From assembly GCA_964629815.1 (NCBI GenBank), contig CAZVTA010000002.1, positions 130,096-194,095 on the forward strand: a DNA stretch of 64,000 nt, written 5' to 3'. A program made the translations under genes and the position numbers. Below the pieces are notes generated by a model. The model was not told the origin of the DNA and did no database searches. It was given only the letters and a program-made list of their open reading frames with translations. This DNA is from an uncultured Candidatus Saccharibacteria bacterium. GTDB taxonomy: Bacteria > Patescibacteriota > Saccharimonadia > Saccharimonadales > AWTP1-31. Below are positions 54,334 to 62,785 of the stretch, in pieces (position 1 is the first letter of the stretch; every line of letters starts with the position of its first letter).

Positions 54334-55300
54334 CGTCTGGCTACGATGGTTGCTGTATTGTTCGGTTGTAGTAGTAGGCGCCTGTATATTGGTGCGAATT
54401 CTATTATTCGGTGCACCAGAACCGCAGACAGTACAACCCGAAAATCCTACACGGATAGCTGCGGTGGGCGATGTTGCCTGTGATGTCTCGACATCGATAA
54501 CACCCGTTCAATGTCGACAGCAAGAAGTAGTGAATCAAATCTTGCGGAAAAATTATGACCGCGTATTACTGCTTGGTGATTTGCAGTACGACGACGGCAA
54601 ACCAGAAAGTTACGAACGAGCATTCAAACCGCTTTGGAAAGACCTTAGGCAAAAAACACTTTCTGTTGTAGGTAATCATGAATACCACACAAAAGATGCC
54701 GAAGGGTATGCGGGCTATTGGAAAGATAACGAGCGTATTTTGGGAGAAACCAAGCAGTTTTACTTTGCCACTAACATAAGTTCGTGGCATATTGTTGGTC
54801 TTAACTCAAACTGTGAGTTTGTGAATGGTTGCGGAAAAGAATCGAGCCAATACCAATGGTTCGAGAATGATCTCGCGAAAAACGAAGCGATCTGTACGCT
54901 AGCAATGTGGCACCATCCCCGCTTTACATCGGGAGCCTATAAAACAAAAACAGATTCAACTACCCGTAGTAGTGATTTTTGGCAAGCTGCATACCGTAAT
55001 GGTGTCGATGTTATATTGAATGGTCACGATCACTTGTACGAAAGATTTGCTCGGCAAACAGAAGCGCAAGAGCAGCAAAAACGTGGTGTGCGTCAGTTCA
55101 CGGTGGGTACGGGCGGTAGAAGCTTATACAAAGCCGATAAGCAAAAAGAAAGAAACAGTGAGGTACTCATTGATAATAGTTTTGGCTATCTAGAATTAGA
55201 TTTATATAAGACGTCATATACATGGCGGTTTATTGATATTAATGGTGTAGTTTTAGATAGCGGTTCAAACAATTGCAGTAAAGTAACGGAGGCAAAGTGA
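54317..55300 (+). CDS. Membrane-anchored calcineurin-like metallophosphoesterase
   Basis: Motifs are GDVACD, LLLGDLQYD, VVGNHEY and GHDHLYER. The N-terminal anchor is WLRWLLYCSVVVVGACILV. Confidence 0.8.
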   Translation: MAQANSVWLRWLLYCSVVVVGACILVRILLFGAPEPQTVQPENPTRIAAVGDVACDVSTSITPVQCRQQEVVNQILRKNYDRVLLLGDLQYDDGKPESYERAFKPLWKDLRQKTLSVVGNHEYHTKDAEGYAGYWKDNERILGETKQFYFATNISSWHIVGLNSNCEFVNGCGKESSQYQWFENDLAKNEAICTLAMWHHPRFTSGAYKTKTDSTTRSSDFWQAAYRNGVDVILNGHDHLYERFARQTEAQEQQKRGVRQFTVGTGGRSLYKADKQKERNSEVLIDNSFGYLELDLYKTSYTWRFIDINGVVLDSGSNNCSKVTEAK

Positions 55301-56079
55301 GTATTATTCAAGCGATTATTTTTGGGCTCGTTCAGGGACTGACTGAGTTTATCCCTGTTTCTAGTTCTGGTCACCTTGTGTTGCTGCATGAAGCGTTTGG
55401 TGTAACGGGAGGGTTGTCGTTCGACGTGGCTCTGCACCTTGGTACGCTTGGTGCGCTGCTGCTTTACTTCTATCGCGACATAGTAGCCCTTATAAAAAGT
55501 GTTTTTTCTTCCGCAAAGGAAGCAAGGCTCGCAAAATACCTGGTATTGGCAACGATACCAGCAATTGTGTCGGGTTTTTTGCTGGAAAGTGCGGCAGAGT
55601 CGGCATTTCGTTCTTCCCGTCTCGTAAGCATGAATCTGATAGTAGTTGCGTTGGTAATGATTTTTGTAGAGCGTGCATATATTGCAAAGAAAGCGGAGAA
55701 GGCTGAAATAAGCGGTCGTAGTGCTGCAGCCATGGGTTTTGCTCAGGCGCTTGCTGTTGTACCGGGCGTATCACGTTCTGGTGCAACAATCACGGCAGGT
55801 ATGGCCGCTGGTCTAAGTCGAGCAAAGGCGGCCCGCTTTTCATTTTTGTTGGCCATACCAATTACGACCGGTGCTGCAGCAAAGGTTTTGTTAGACGGTG
55901 CAGTGTTGCGGGATATTCGGAGTGAATGGGCGGTGTTCGCGGTGGGGATTGTTACTGCATTATTGAGCGGATTGTTTGCTATACGTTTTCTGCTTGATTA
56001 TCTCAGCAAACGGGGTCTTGCGGTGTTCGCGTGGTATCGCATAGCCCTTGGTGTGGCTGTACTTCTGTTCTACTCGTGA
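55297..56079 (+). CDS. uppP: Undecaprenyl-diphosphatase
   Basis: GTG start. Motifs are GLTEFIPVSSSGHL and PGVSRSGATI. Length is 260 aa with eight TM helices. Confidence 0.9.
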   Translation: MSIIQAIIFGLVQGLTEFIPVSSSGHLVLLHEAFGVTGGLSFDVALHLGTLGALLLYFYRDIVALIKSVFSSAKEARLAKYLVLATIPAIVSGFLLESAAESAFRSSRLVSMNLIVVALVMIFVERAYIAKKAEKAEISGRSAAAMGFAQALAVVPGVSRSGATITAGMAAGLSRAKAARFSFLLAIPITTGAAAKVLLDGAVLRDIRSEWAVFAVGIVTALLSGLFAIRFLLDYLSKRGLAVFAWYRIALGVAVLLFYS

Positions 56080-56285
56080 GCTGCAGCAAATTCTACACCA
56101 ATAAGACTATTTACGAGTCCATTGCGCTAGTGTCATAATAACTGCACTTAACATTATATGTAGTGGAATCACGTGCAATTCGTGAGCTGTGCCGCAACTG
56201 TAAGTGTCTTTATGACATAAGCCAGATACACATTATTCCCGAGCAGGTTTTCTTTTTATATTCCTTGCTCGGTAAGCGAGGGTAC

Positions 56286-57761
56286 ATGGAAGCGTTAGTT
56301 GAAGCAAGAGAACGGTATGCATGTTCAACCAGAACATTTCGCGAGCTGGGCCGTTCTGCATTGTCTGAAACAATCGATGAGGGCATACGGCAAGAGGCTT
56401 TTCGAGATTTTCGAACTGCACTTGTAGAAAACATGACTACCGATCCCGAGTTTGGCGAGTTTCTTGACTATAATCCACTCGAGGAATATCAGCAGGCTGA
56501 TGGTTTAACGCTTGATACGGCAGGCCGACCCATAACACCAATGATTGAAGATGGTTTAAGAGTTTCACGCGAGGCAGCCCGCTTTGACGATCGTATGAAA
56601 ATCCAGGCTTATAGAGATGAGTCACACGTCGTAAATAGCAGGCGCGTAGATGAGATGCCGGCAGGGACGTTACGCATAGCGCTCGATATGGATCCTCGTA
56701 CTGCAATTGCTGTAGATCCGGACTTTTGGCAGGGAAGACTTGGTTATAGAAGGGGTCTCGCGAGTTTGCAGCTGTATTATAAAACAGATCGTGGGACGGT
56801 CTTGGCCGGAGCGTATTCAATAAAAAACTGTTCACCAAGTGCTATGCGTGAGATGTTTGCCGAACTTGGTTGCCGGGTTCCTGAAGGCATAGCAGACGAA
56901 GAATGGTTTCGGCATGCCGTAGAGTTAACTGCGAGCGAGGTGTATGCAAAACAAGTGGGTGTTGCCCTACAACAAAAGCACCGACGACTCGTAGGTGATA
57001 CGTACCGACATATTTCTGTTACGGATTTTTTAAAAAGACATCACCGACAAATAGAAAGTGTGTTTAATGAGCTCATTGTGCCGCTTGGTATCATGTATGA
57101 AGCGAACACCACGAACAAAGCGGTGCTTGATTTTACACAGGCAATACTCTCAAAGGTTGCCGAGCTTTCGCCTAATGAAAAAGGGCGTCTTATGCGTCTT
57201 GCACATACAGAACGACTACAAAAGGACGACATATCATTCCTAGAAGAACTTGTTCGCTATGGCCTGGTTGAACAGCTTCGACCGCTGGTTCGTAAAGAGT
57301 TATTTAAAGATTATGTGACAAAAGTGCAGCCGACGTTGTATGTTCCAGATGTTCCTTATCAGATGTTAGCTATGTCCGTATCGACAGGTAGGCAGGCGGG
57401 TCGCGTATATGGGGGTTGTGCAAGCGCGGGTATGGTATTGGCTGCAAGTGATGCACCCGAAGGAATTCCAAAAAGCCAGAATATTTTTGGTGGTCGGGCT
57501 CTGAGCGGCGAAGATGAAATACTAGGCTCGGGAGAAGAAGAGAAAGGGCCTTGTGAGTATGTGCACGAGAACTGCTACTGTTGTCCATACAATTATGACG
57601 GCACACCAGCACTAAAGCCGTTCAAGGTGAAGGCGCGTCGAGAGTTGTCAGGAGACGCTCGGTGTCTGCGAGCGGGCTGTGGTGCTGTCATCGACTCAGA
57701 AGGAAAGGTTAAGAATAAGGGCGGTATTTATGAGCGCGCCATTGCGAAGCAGGCAGCATGA
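56286..57761 (+). CDS. Hypothetical soluble protein with C-terminal Cys-rich (zinc-ribbon-like) tail
   Basis: The start is ambiguous between ATG 56286 (GAGGG upstream) and GTG 56163. No TM is present and no family is recognised. The C-terminus reads CEYVHENCYCCPYNYDG...CLRAGCGAV. Confidence 0.5.
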   Translation: MEALVEARERYACSTRTFRELGRSALSETIDEGIRQEAFRDFRTALVENMTTDPEFGEFLDYNPLEEYQQADGLTLDTAGRPITPMIEDGLRVSREAARFDDRMKIQAYRDESHVVNSRRVDEMPAGTLRIALDMDPRTAIAVDPDFWQGRLGYRRGLASLQLYYKTDRGTVLAGAYSIKNCSPSAMREMFAELGCRVPEGIADEEWFRHAVELTASEVYAKQVGVALQQKHRRLVGDTYRHISVTDFLKRHHRQIESVFNELIVPLGIMYEANTTNKAVLDFTQAILSKVAELSPNEKGRLMRLAHTERLQKDDISFLEELVRYGLVEQLRPLVRKELFKDYVTKVQPTLYVPDVPYQMLAMSVSTGRQAGRVYGGCASAGMVLAASDAPEGIPKSQNIFGGRALSGEDEILGSGEEEKGPCEYVHENCYCCPYNYDGTPALKPFKVKARRELSGDARCLRAGCGAVIDSEGKVKNKGGIYERAIAKQAA

Positions 57762-57919
57762 AAGATGACATATATCAACAGCTTGTAGAAGAGAAAGTTC
57801 CCGAGCTTTTTTGCGATTACTGTGGCTATTATCCTTTAGAACCTGTTCATGGACATTTTGTATGTCCTTCGTGCAAAATGCCCACAAAATGTTGCGAAGG
57901 TATTCCTGCGGATGAGTAG
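57758..57919 (+). CDS. Small zinc-ribbon protein (53 aa)
   Basis: Not in the ORF track. The sequence is MKDDIYQQLVEEKVPELFCDYCGYYPLEPVHGHFVCPSCKMPTKCCEGIPADE. It has an ATGA overlap with the upstream gene and an 8-nt overlap with nadD. It carries CxxC...CxxC. Confidence 0.5.
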   Translation: MKDDIYQQLVEEKVPELFCDYCGYYPLEPVHGHFVCPSCKMPTKCCEGIPADE

Positions 57920-58523
57920 TAAACAAGCAGACCCGAAGCGCATTGGTATTTACAGTGGTACGTTTGACCCGATACACAAAGGTCATGTTGCGTTTGCTCG
58001 TAATGCTATTGATAGTGCTGCCCTAGACGAGGTATACATTGCCATCGAGGCAAAACCCCCTAGAAAAAGCAGTGTGTCGCATATTGGTCACCGCACGCGC
58101 ATGGCCGAGCTTGCAACGCGCCCACACCCAAAAATTAGTACGGTCGATTTAGTAGACAAGTATTTTTTGCCCGCTAAAACTATTCCGCGCCTCCGTCAGT
58201 TATTTCCACGCGACCAACTTATTTTGCTCATTGGTTCGGATTTATTGTTGACTATGCATAATTGGCCACAGGCTGATTTACTGCTGAAGGATATGGGTCT
58301 AGCGGTATCGGTCAGAAACGAACACGAGCTTGCAGAGGTTCTGGACTATATACATAATCTCCCTGTTACTCCACTAGAAATTCATATCGTGCAAAACGAT
58401 TTTCCAGACGCGTCATCTCGAAAAATCAGACACGACATACAGCAAGGGACCGAGCCAGAACATGTTTTGTCAAGTGTGTATGCCTATGCCAAAAAAGAAT
58501 GGCTGTACGACTCTATACAGTAG
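57912..58523 (+). CDS. nadD: Nicotinate/nicotinamide-nucleotide adenylyltransferase-like cytidylyltransferase-fold protein
   Basis: The ATG at 57912 (MSSKQADPKRIGIYSGTFDPIHKGHV) carries the HxGH nucleotidyltransferase motif. The track start at 57849 is rejected because it overlaps the zinc-ribbon ORF. Confidence 0.75.
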   Translation: MSSKQADPKRIGIYSGTFDPIHKGHVAFARNAIDSAALDEVYIAIEAKPPRKSSVSHIGHRTRMAELATRPHPKISTVDLVDKYFLPAKTIPRLRQLFPRDQLILLIGSDLLLTMHNWPQADLLLKDMGLAVSVRNEHELAEVLDYIHNLPVTPLEIHIVQNDFPDASSRKIRHDIQQGTEPEHVLSSVYAYAKKEWLYDSIQ

Positions 58524-58529
58524 CTCGGA

Positions 58530-60224
58530 CTAAGACTTAATATCTTCTTCGGATTCGTAGGCTTTTTGCAACTCGGCGAGATGTTTTTGCCGAAATTTCT
58601 TGTACTCACTTTTTTTGTAGCCACTGTGTTTGATAAACGAGCTGATTTTTTCGCTTCCAATATAGTGAGGCAGCATCACATAACTTGCGCCTAGGCCGTA
58701 TAGTTCTGCGGCTTGGTGGGCAGAATCTGCGTGGCAGATGACGACCGCTTCGGGACTTATCTGAGATAGATATTCAACAACAAATCGGTTTGTATCATGA
58801 TCATTAATATGAGATACAACGAGCTTTGTTTTTCGTAGGTCCAGCTCATCCAGTAATTCGGGATCAGTTACGTCTCCGTACATGTATGGAATATCTTTTC
58901 GTTCAAGTTCTTCTATTGCTTCTGGATCATAATCAACGACAAGATAGTTCTTAGTCAATGTCTTAAACACTTTTACAAATTCGCTGCCACCTCTTCTGTA
59001 GCCAAAGAGTATCGACTCGTATTTATTTACGGTGTCTCGCTCGGCGTTCACTTTTTTGCGTTCGAAAATACTAAGATAACGTTCGAGCACTTTGTATAAG
59101 CTGTCTGCGTAGGTAATCATATACGAAGAGGCAGCAATTGTGATGATGCCTACGAGGGTGACCAGTGAAACAACGTCTTGGCTAATATGCCCATTTTTAA
59201 GGCCAAGGAGTACGAAAATAAACGAAAACTCACTTACCTGCGCAACCGCAAGCCCTGCTTTAAAGCCGGTCTTCTTTGTGTAACCAAGTGCGCCAATAAT
59301 GATCATTACAATCAGTGGGTTACCGATAAGAACTAGCGAAGAGAAACCAATAATCTGGCCGATATTTGCACCAACACTGCCGAGATCCATTTTTGCACCG
59401 AGAGCGATAAAGAAGACAACAATAAAAAAGTCTCGTAAGGGACGAAGACGTGAGGATATCTCTTGTGCATAGCCCATGGTAGATAAGGCGATGCCACCGA
59501 TAAGCGCACCAACTTCAAGGCTGAAGCCAAGTTTGAAATAAACTGTTGCAATGCCAAAGCCCCAAGCAATGGCAAACAGAAATAGTAGTTCTTGAGACCG
59601 AGAAAGCAAATTCGTTAGTGGCCGTATAACAATATGAGCAAATAAGAAAACGGTCACGAGTAATATAAAGCCTTTAATCATTAAGATCAAAATATCTTCA
59701 TAGGTGAGACTACCCTTGCCGGATGCGGATGCAATGACTAATGCAATGGTTGCAACAAGGTCTTGAACAAGTAAAAACCCAATCGATATTTTTCCATACA
59801 GCTTGTTATGTTCGCGTTTGTCGGTGAGTAGTTTCAGGATGATGATTGTGCTTGAAAAAGTAAGTGCCACTGCAATGTATAAGGACGGGACAAATTCATA
59901 TCCCAGAAGTTTTGCAACCCCAAGTCCTGCCGCGGTCGTAAAGATAACTTGACCGAGCCCAGTGAGGATCGATACCTTTCCTACTTCTTTAACGACCTTT
60001 GGATTTAGCCCTAGACCAACCAAGAATAGCAGCAGCGCAACACCGAAGCTACCCAAGAGCTCCATGGTTTCTGTGGCATGATTGTTGCCTAAAAAGGTTG
60101 AACCAATTAAGAGACCGGTAATAATATGGCCCACGATAAGGGGCTGTCGTAGTAAACGCATTGCAACAGCAATTAATGTAGCGATTACGATAATGCTACT
60201 AAGGTCGGTAAAAACAGTTGCCAT
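58530..60224 (-). CDS. Cation:proton antiporter (CPA2/Kef-type) with C-terminal RCK/TrkA-N domain
   Basis: About 12 TM helices are followed by a soluble domain, NYLVVDYDPEAIEELERKDIPYMYGDVTDPELL. Length is 564 aa. Confidence 0.8.
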   Translation of the reverse strand: MATVFTDLSSIIVIATLIAVAMRLLRQPLIVGHIITGLLIGSTFLGNNHATETMELLGSFGVALLLFLVGLGLNPKVVKEVGKVSILTGLGQVIFTTAAGLGVAKLLGYEFVPSLYIAVALTFSSTIIILKLLTDKREHNKLYGKISIGFLLVQDLVATIALVIASASGKGSLTYEDILILMIKGFILLVTVFLFAHIVIRPLTNLLSRSQELLFLFAIAWGFGIATVYFKLGFSLEVGALIGGIALSTMGYAQEISSRLRPLRDFFIVVFFIALGAKMDLGSVGANIGQIIGFSSLVLIGNPLIVMIIIGALGYTKKTGFKAGLAVAQVSEFSFIFVLLGLKNGHISQDVVSLVTLVGIITIAASSYMITYADSLYKVLERYLSIFERKKVNAERDTVNKYESILFGYRRGGSEFVKVFKTLTKNYLVVDYDPEAIEELERKDIPYMYGDVTDPELLDELDLRKTKLVVSHINDHDTNRFVVEYLSQISPEAVVICHADSAHQAAELYGLGASYVMLPHYIGSEKISSFIKHSGYKKSEYKKFRQKHLAELQKAYESEEDIKS

Positions 60225-60230
60225 CGATAC

Positions 60231-60446
60231 CTATTTCTTTTTCTTTGGCGTATTACTAACTGCCATGCCAAGCACAACACCAGCAATTACTAAGAGCGCG
60301 CTCGCAAAGCCGACAAGCAAAAGTTTAACGTTATCGTTTGTCTGCATATTACCAATAATGCCAAGTAAAGCGCCTCCAATAAGCAATGCTGCCCCGGCAG
60401 AAACTCGATTAGATTGTACGTTTGCTTTTTTAGAATTTTTTGCCAC
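60231..60446 (-). CDS. Small hypothetical two-TM membrane protein
   Basis: The likely start is GTG 60446 (AAGGAAA upstream); the track ATG 60548 lacks an RBS. The TM hairpin is GAALLIGGALLGIIGN...LLLVGFASALLVIAGVVLGMAV, with a KKKK tail. Confidence 0.4.
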   Translation of the reverse strand: MAKNSKKANVQSNRVSAGAALLIGGALLGIIGNMQTNDNVKLLLVGFASALLVIAGVVLGMAVSNTPKKKK

Positions 60447-60656
60447 CGTTGTTTTCCTTTGTCTATCTTCTGTATGTAGTATACAAAACCGTAAGCATAT
60501 TGCCAAAGTATTGACAGTCCAAAGGTGCTTATGTACAATACGAAACATTCTTAGCCATACATTTGTTGTGGTGCAAGAAAAACAAAAACAATATTAAAAA
60601 TCAAAAAACAAAGAATTGTGAGGCTTTGCTTTTTGGCGTTCGTGGAGGAGTGTGAA

Positions 60657-60746
60657 GTGTCAATAAAAATAAAAACCATTAGCAGGGGGTATAAGGTGGA
60701 CGTAAAAGTCAAACGCCCAACGTGGGCACAATACCTACACTACTAG
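60657..60746 (+). CDS. Candidate micro-ORF (29 codons, highly basic)
   Basis: GGAGGAG (60644-60650) lies 6 nt before GTG 60657. The peptide is (M)SIKIKTISRGYKVDVKVKRPTWAQYLHY. A plus-strand terminator follows 25 nt downstream. It sits between two minus-strand genes. Confidence 0.3.
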   Translation: MSIKIKTISRGYKVDVKVKRPTWAQYLHY

Positions 60747-60770
60747 CTGTTGTTACATGGTACGTTTCAA

Positions 60771-60796
60771 GAGGTCAGTAAACTGACCTCGTTTTT
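60771..60796 (+). terminator. Plus-strand rho-independent terminator in a minus-strand gene neighbourhood
   Basis: Stem GAGGTCAG pairs with CTGACCTC around loop TAAA, followed by GTTTTT. On the minus strand the hairpin is followed by CTTGAAAC, which has no U tract. Confidence 0.55.
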
Positions 60797-60809
60797 GTTG
60801 GCAAAAAAA

Positions 60810-61448
60810 TTATTGTTTTTTGTTAATTTCTGACTCGATAAGCTTGCCAAAGCTGTCAAGATCACGAGGAGTGTCTTCGATTTTCTTACCTTGTAGGAAG
60901 AACGTAGGAGTGCCTTGGACACCAAGTTTTTGCCCCTCGGCATAGTCGGCGTTAATGATATCGTTTACTTCAGTGCTGGCATAATCGGTCTTGAACTGAT
61001 CAATATTTAGGGTCAATTCTTTTGCGTATCCTTCAAGAATTGAAACAATTGCTGTACTGCTTTCCCACTCTTGCTGTTGCTCGTACAGTTTGTCGTGCAT
61101 TTCCCAGTATTTGTTCTGCTTTGCTGCTGCCTCTGCTGCACGGCTTGCCGCTCGTGCATTTTGGTGTATTTGACTAAGCGGAAAATTACGAAACTGAAAG
61201 ACGATGTCTTCTTTGTATTTTTCGATGAGCTGCTTAATGATTGGGTGATACGATGCGCATGCGGGGCACTGGAAATCACCGTATTCAACAAGGCTAACAT
61301 TTTTTTTGTTGTTGCCGAGCGTGTGGTTGCTAAGCTTTGCGCTGCTTGAATTGTTTGCGGGGGCAGATGATTTGTCTTGTGTGACGAAAAAAACAATACC
61401 AAGTATTGCTATACAAGCAACTAAAATTGCAGCGAACCTTTTATCCAT
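60810..61448 (-). CDS. DsbA/BdbD-like thiol:disulfide oxidoreductase, membrane anchored
   Basis: The N-terminal anchor is FAAILVACIAILGIVFFV, the thioredoxin-fold active site is DFQCPAC, and GTPTFFLQGK forms the cis-Pro loop region. Confidence 0.8.
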   Translation of the reverse strand: MDKRFAAILVACIAILGIVFFVTQDKSSAPANNSSSAKLSNHTLGNNKKNVSLVEYGDFQCPACASYHPIIKQLIEKYKEDIVFQFRNFPLSQIHQNARAASRAAEAAAKQNKYWEMHDKLYEQQQEWESSTAIVSILEGYAKELTLNIDQFKTDYASTEVNDIINADYAEGQKLGVQGTPTFFLQGKKIEDTPRDLDSFGKLIESEINKKQ

Positions 61449-61510
61449 AAAACTCCTTTAAGATTACTCCAATAGCACTGACAGGCTAGGTACCTATACC
61501 ATACAAAGTA

Positions 61511-62644
61511 TTGGCGTTTTCGTCTAGACTGACTGATATTTTTGTCGCACTAGTGTACTCTATAATTATGATTATGTTAATCTTGGCAGTTATTCTTGCG
61601 GTCTGTACTTTTGTCGCAATCGATTTACAAAAAACCTATAGTGCGGTCTCTGTGAAAGAGCTCAAACGAAGAGCCTCAAGGGGTGACGACTTCGCCAAGC
61701 TTTTGCATAGTGTCGTAGTGCACGACATAAGTTTAGCAATGTTTTTGTGGCTGATTATCGGACTGTCTGCAGTAGGCTTCTTTTTTGTTGCCTCGGCTAG
61801 TCTGCCAGGCTGGCTCGCGTTTTTTGGGGCAGTTATTCTTGTGTGGGTGGGGTTTGCTTGGCTGCCCCGCACCGAAGTGTCGAATTTTAGCTTAAAGATA
61901 GCACAGTACATAACACCCGCATTGTCTTGGTTGCTCGTTCGGGTTGGGCCGTTTCTTGCAGAGCTTGCCAAAACTATAAAGACGCGCGCTGCAAATGTCT
62001 CCGTTCATACTGGGCTGTACGAGAAAGAAGATCTTCTAGAGTTACTTGATTCTCAAAATACACAGCTCGATAATCGTATTACGGACGATGAGCTGGGTTA
62101 TGCACGGAGCGCGCTTGTCTTTAACGATAAGACAGTGCGAGAATGCATGACACCCACACGTGTGGTTACTTTTGTGAAAGAAGATGATTCGATCGGCCCG
62201 TTGTTGTTGGACGAGTTACACAAAAGCGGTTTTTCTCGTTTTCCGGTGCAAAGTAATAGCGGACACGATATTGTTGGTACACTCTATCTTCGAGCGCTTG
62301 TAGACAAAGGTATTAAGGGTAAAGTAGCCGGCGTCATGAGTAAGCGCGTGTATTACGTTAACGAAGCCCAAACTCTTCCTCATGTTTTGCGCGCTTTCCT
62401 AAAAACCAAGCACCATCTGTTTGTAGTTGTTAACGAATTCGAAGAAGTCAGCGGTGTAATAACAATCGAAGATGTTATCGAGCAGCTTATTGGCAAAAAG
62501 ATTGTGGATGAATTTGATAAGTACGATGATTTGCGAGAGGTCGCGGCACTTGCGGCAAAAAAAGACCAGAAAAAACATGCTAAGCCTGCCGATGAACACC
62601 AAAGTAATAGCCAAGAATCATCTGACGAATCTGTTAAATCATGA
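61511..62644 (+). CDS. DUF21/CNNM-type transmembrane domain plus CBS-pair protein (CorB/TlyC-like, no CorC_HlyC tail)
   Basis: TTG start. Four TM helices are followed by two CBS motifs (VRECMTPTRVVTFV... and VSGVITIEDVIEQLIG). The C-terminus is acidic and basic low-complexity rather than the usual transporter-associated domain. Confidence 0.7.
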   Translation: MAFSSRLTDIFVALVYSIIMIMLILAVILAVCTFVAIDLQKTYSAVSVKELKRRASRGDDFAKLLHSVVVHDISLAMFLWLIIGLSAVGFFFVASASLPGWLAFFGAVILVWVGFAWLPRTEVSNFSLKIAQYITPALSWLLVRVGPFLAELAKTIKTRAANVSVHTGLYEKEDLLELLDSQNTQLDNRITDDELGYARSALVFNDKTVRECMTPTRVVTFVKEDDSIGPLLLDELHKSGFSRFPVQSNSGHDIVGTLYLRALVDKGIKGKVAGVMSKRVYYVNEAQTLPHVLRAFLKTKHHLFVVVNEFEEVSGVITIEDVIEQLIGKKIVDEFDKYDDLREVAALAAKKDQKKHAKPADEHQSNSQESSDESVKS

Positions 62645-62701
62645 TATAATTTGCCCTAATGATTGTTTTAGCATTTCACAACCAGTCAAATAGAAATCTA
62701 T

Positions 62702-62749
62702 GGGTCGACGCCTGTCTGTAAAGCAGGAGACAGCGTTCACGACCCTTTT
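62702..62749 (+). terminator. Long hairpin plus T-tract, probable terminator of the CBS-domain gene (or leader element of aspS)
   Basis: GGGTCG-A-CGCCTGTCT-GTAAAGCAGG-AGACAGCG-TTCA-CGACCC is followed by TTTT. Confidence 0.45.
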
Positions 62750-62785
62750 GCTGCGAACAATACCAGAAATAACAGGGAATAACAT

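Noticed and set aside
60549-60809. Known structured RNAs (SRP RNA, 6S, tmRNA, RNase P RNA) in the DsbA-downstream spacer
   Set aside because: None of the conserved sequence hallmarks I know is present: the SRP GGAA/AGCA motif, a tmRNA tRNA-like 3' end with GGTTCGAATCC, or RNase P conserved regions. Only the generic micro-ORF/terminator observation is kept.
62645-62785. Possible T-box or other riboswitch leader upstream of aspS
   Set aside because: The region is only about 140 nt. It contains a single long hairpin plus a T-tract about 57 nt after the upstream gene's stop. I saw no T-box sequence (AANNNGGUGGNACC-like) or specifier-loop architecture. It is interpreted as the upstream gene's terminator.
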